The position numbers were made by a program, and so were the translations under genes. Of a stretch of DNA of 64,000 nucleotides, positions 62,150-64,000 are shown one piece after another. The stretch is from the NCBI RefSeq assembly GCF_006345805.1, contig NC_043010.1, positions 30,876,001-30,940,000 of the forward strand, read 5' to 3'. Each line of letters begins with the position of its first letter. The stretch's first letter is position 1. The notes beneath the pieces were generated by a model. The model did not search any database. It saw nothing but the letters and a program-made list of their open reading frames with translations, and was not told the DNA's origin. The DNA is from Octopus sinensis (taxonomy: Eukaryota).

Positions 62150-63570
62150 TTTCCGTTTGAGTTAGCCAGATATCCATAGCACTACTGAAGAAAGATATGG
62201 ATAAGAGAGACATTATTGATAATGTCTGTACTCTCTTAACACAATTTTTTTGCCAACATGCTTGAGAAGAGAGTGGGTCATGCAGACAATGTGCAGTTCC
62301 CAGCAGATTAGTTTTCACATCAGTGAAAACATCATAGAGAGTGTTGAATAATAAACCCGGCTTCATAGCCTTTGGTAGTGTCAACCATCTTTACTTGCCA
62401 GTTACTTTTAATGACTCTGCTTTCAGAGTCTATATCACTTCAAAGTACAACAGTTTATGGTCAGGGATCAGATTAAATGGCTAGTGGGAACTGTTCTAAG
62501 TTATATTTTTGGTTTCTCTGTTATGTCCTCTCATTGCTTCAGTATACTTTTGTTTATTAAATTATTGCAGGAGCAATAATAATTTAAAGTAGACATGGGA
62601 AAGGGTTCAGTATGTCATGGTTAACACTGTGCAGGTATGTGCCGAGGCTGCAGTATCTACTGAAATTCCTGTTTGGTGAGGTGTTGAGGTCACTGTTTGT
62701 AAGGCATGTTTCCTGTAGCTTGTCTCTTTGATGAAGCTGCAGTCCTGCATTGAATAAATTCAAAGATAAGGCACTTAACATGTAGAATGTTGTCAAGACT
62801 GGCACACTCATCTCCTAGTTGAGCATTGTGGCCAGTACTATGTCAACCGTTGCATTCTATTGCAGGTGTGGGTTAGTGGTGAACAAGATTGACAGGTGTT
62901 TGAGGAGGACTTGGGTATCAATAAGGATCAACTGAAGAGCCTATTCTGAAGAACTTTCTTTCTGGAGATTAATAACAACTACCAGAAATCCTTGACCTGG
63001 CATTGCCTGTTTGTGACAAATTTTCCAATTTGTGATAGCAGATATAGAAATGAGCTGGGCCTTTCCAAGATACATGCAGAGTGATGAAACCATTCTATAT
63101 GAATTCATTCAATGCCTGAGAGGTGCTGACCTGTGGATCTTTGTTGAATAGTTGAATAGCTGTTGTTGCTTGTAGGACAGGTCTGGAAAACTTCTGAAAC
63201 CATCATACTGTGCTGATTTTCTTTGGCTGGGAAGAGCCAACAGTTTTCCTTTGTCTGAAAGCTTTGGCAAAAGAGGTTTTATGGTAATCACGCCTAAAAG
63301 ATCTGAAAACAAGTGTGTTACTCTTCATCAACTTTTTCAGGTTCCAGTTAGAGAAGAAGATCAGCAGGGAGAGGGAAGTGCTGCCCTCCAGTAAATTTAT
63401 CAAAGGTTTAGTAAATTATGGCATATACTTGTTGACCAAGGAATGACAGCTGGAAGAGGGGCTTATTTCTAATAGTTAGAGAAATCCAGAATTTGTGGGG
63501 TTCATTGATTGGCCCTAGCTGACTCTATTGGCATTATATAATGCCATGAACTGGGTAAACATTCTTTTTC
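62150..63570 (+). mobile_element. Third, heavily decayed Tx1-clade LINE 3' portion
   Basis: EDLGINKDQLKSLF..YQKSLTWHC..LPVCDK..QSDETILYEFIQC..ADLWIFVE at about 62900-63160, matching the C-termini at 34641-34919 and about 1570. The 5' boundary is approximate. Confidence 0.65.
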
Positions 63571-64000
63571 ACTTTTTACTTTTTCTTTCTTCATCTATAT
63601 TCATTTAATTTGAATATAAATAACCCCACCCATTTTTTATAACCTGTCTGTGTAATATTCCCTTACTAATGTCTTTTTGGCAAATAAAAGAAATCATCAT
63701 TATCATTGTTATTGTTGTTGTTATACTATAGCTCTTGATTGATAGAAACAATGGAATACCAAATTAAATCAGATACATGCATATACATAGATACATCTAC
63801 ATACATACACACATACATAGATACATATACACACATGTACATAGATACACACACTTACATACATGCATGTATGCATACATACATACATACATACACACAT
63901 ACACACACACACACACACATACAAACAAACAAACACTTATACAGTTGTTAACTTATTATATACAGGCATATATAGTGTGCTAATGATGCATAACAGGACC

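Overview
Eukaryotic, AT-rich, microsatellite-rich DNA, most likely from an octopus. This is inferred from many copies of octopus-type OK SINEs and tRNA-headed SINEs; no database search was run. One host gene is supported: an SLC16/monocarboxylate-transporter-family gene on the + strand, with four spliceable coding exons (14444-14587, 17752-18924, 31132-31182, 38476-38531); its N-terminal exon(s) were not found and probably lie upstream of the window. Most of the rest is nested transposable elements: an apparently intact CsRn1-type Gypsy LTR element, a near full-length Dong/R4 LINE inserted in (TAA)n, Tx1, RTE, CRE and CR1 LINE remnants, at least six Penelope-like element (PLE) copies, Tc1, mariner, hAT and Helitron remnants, and a TIR element carrying TTAGGG repeats. 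The most notable hidden structure is RNA-level: about nine hammerhead-ribozyme motifs, including a homologous pair with compensatory base changes and an unusually long stem II at PLE 3' ends that run into (TA)n; a tandem ribozyme pair 304 nt apart in the sense strand of a host intron; and a gag-pol -1 frameshift site followed by a predicted pseudoknot. Two coding-like islands antisense to the host gene hint at a nested gene. All structures were read by eye and need computational and experimental confirmation.
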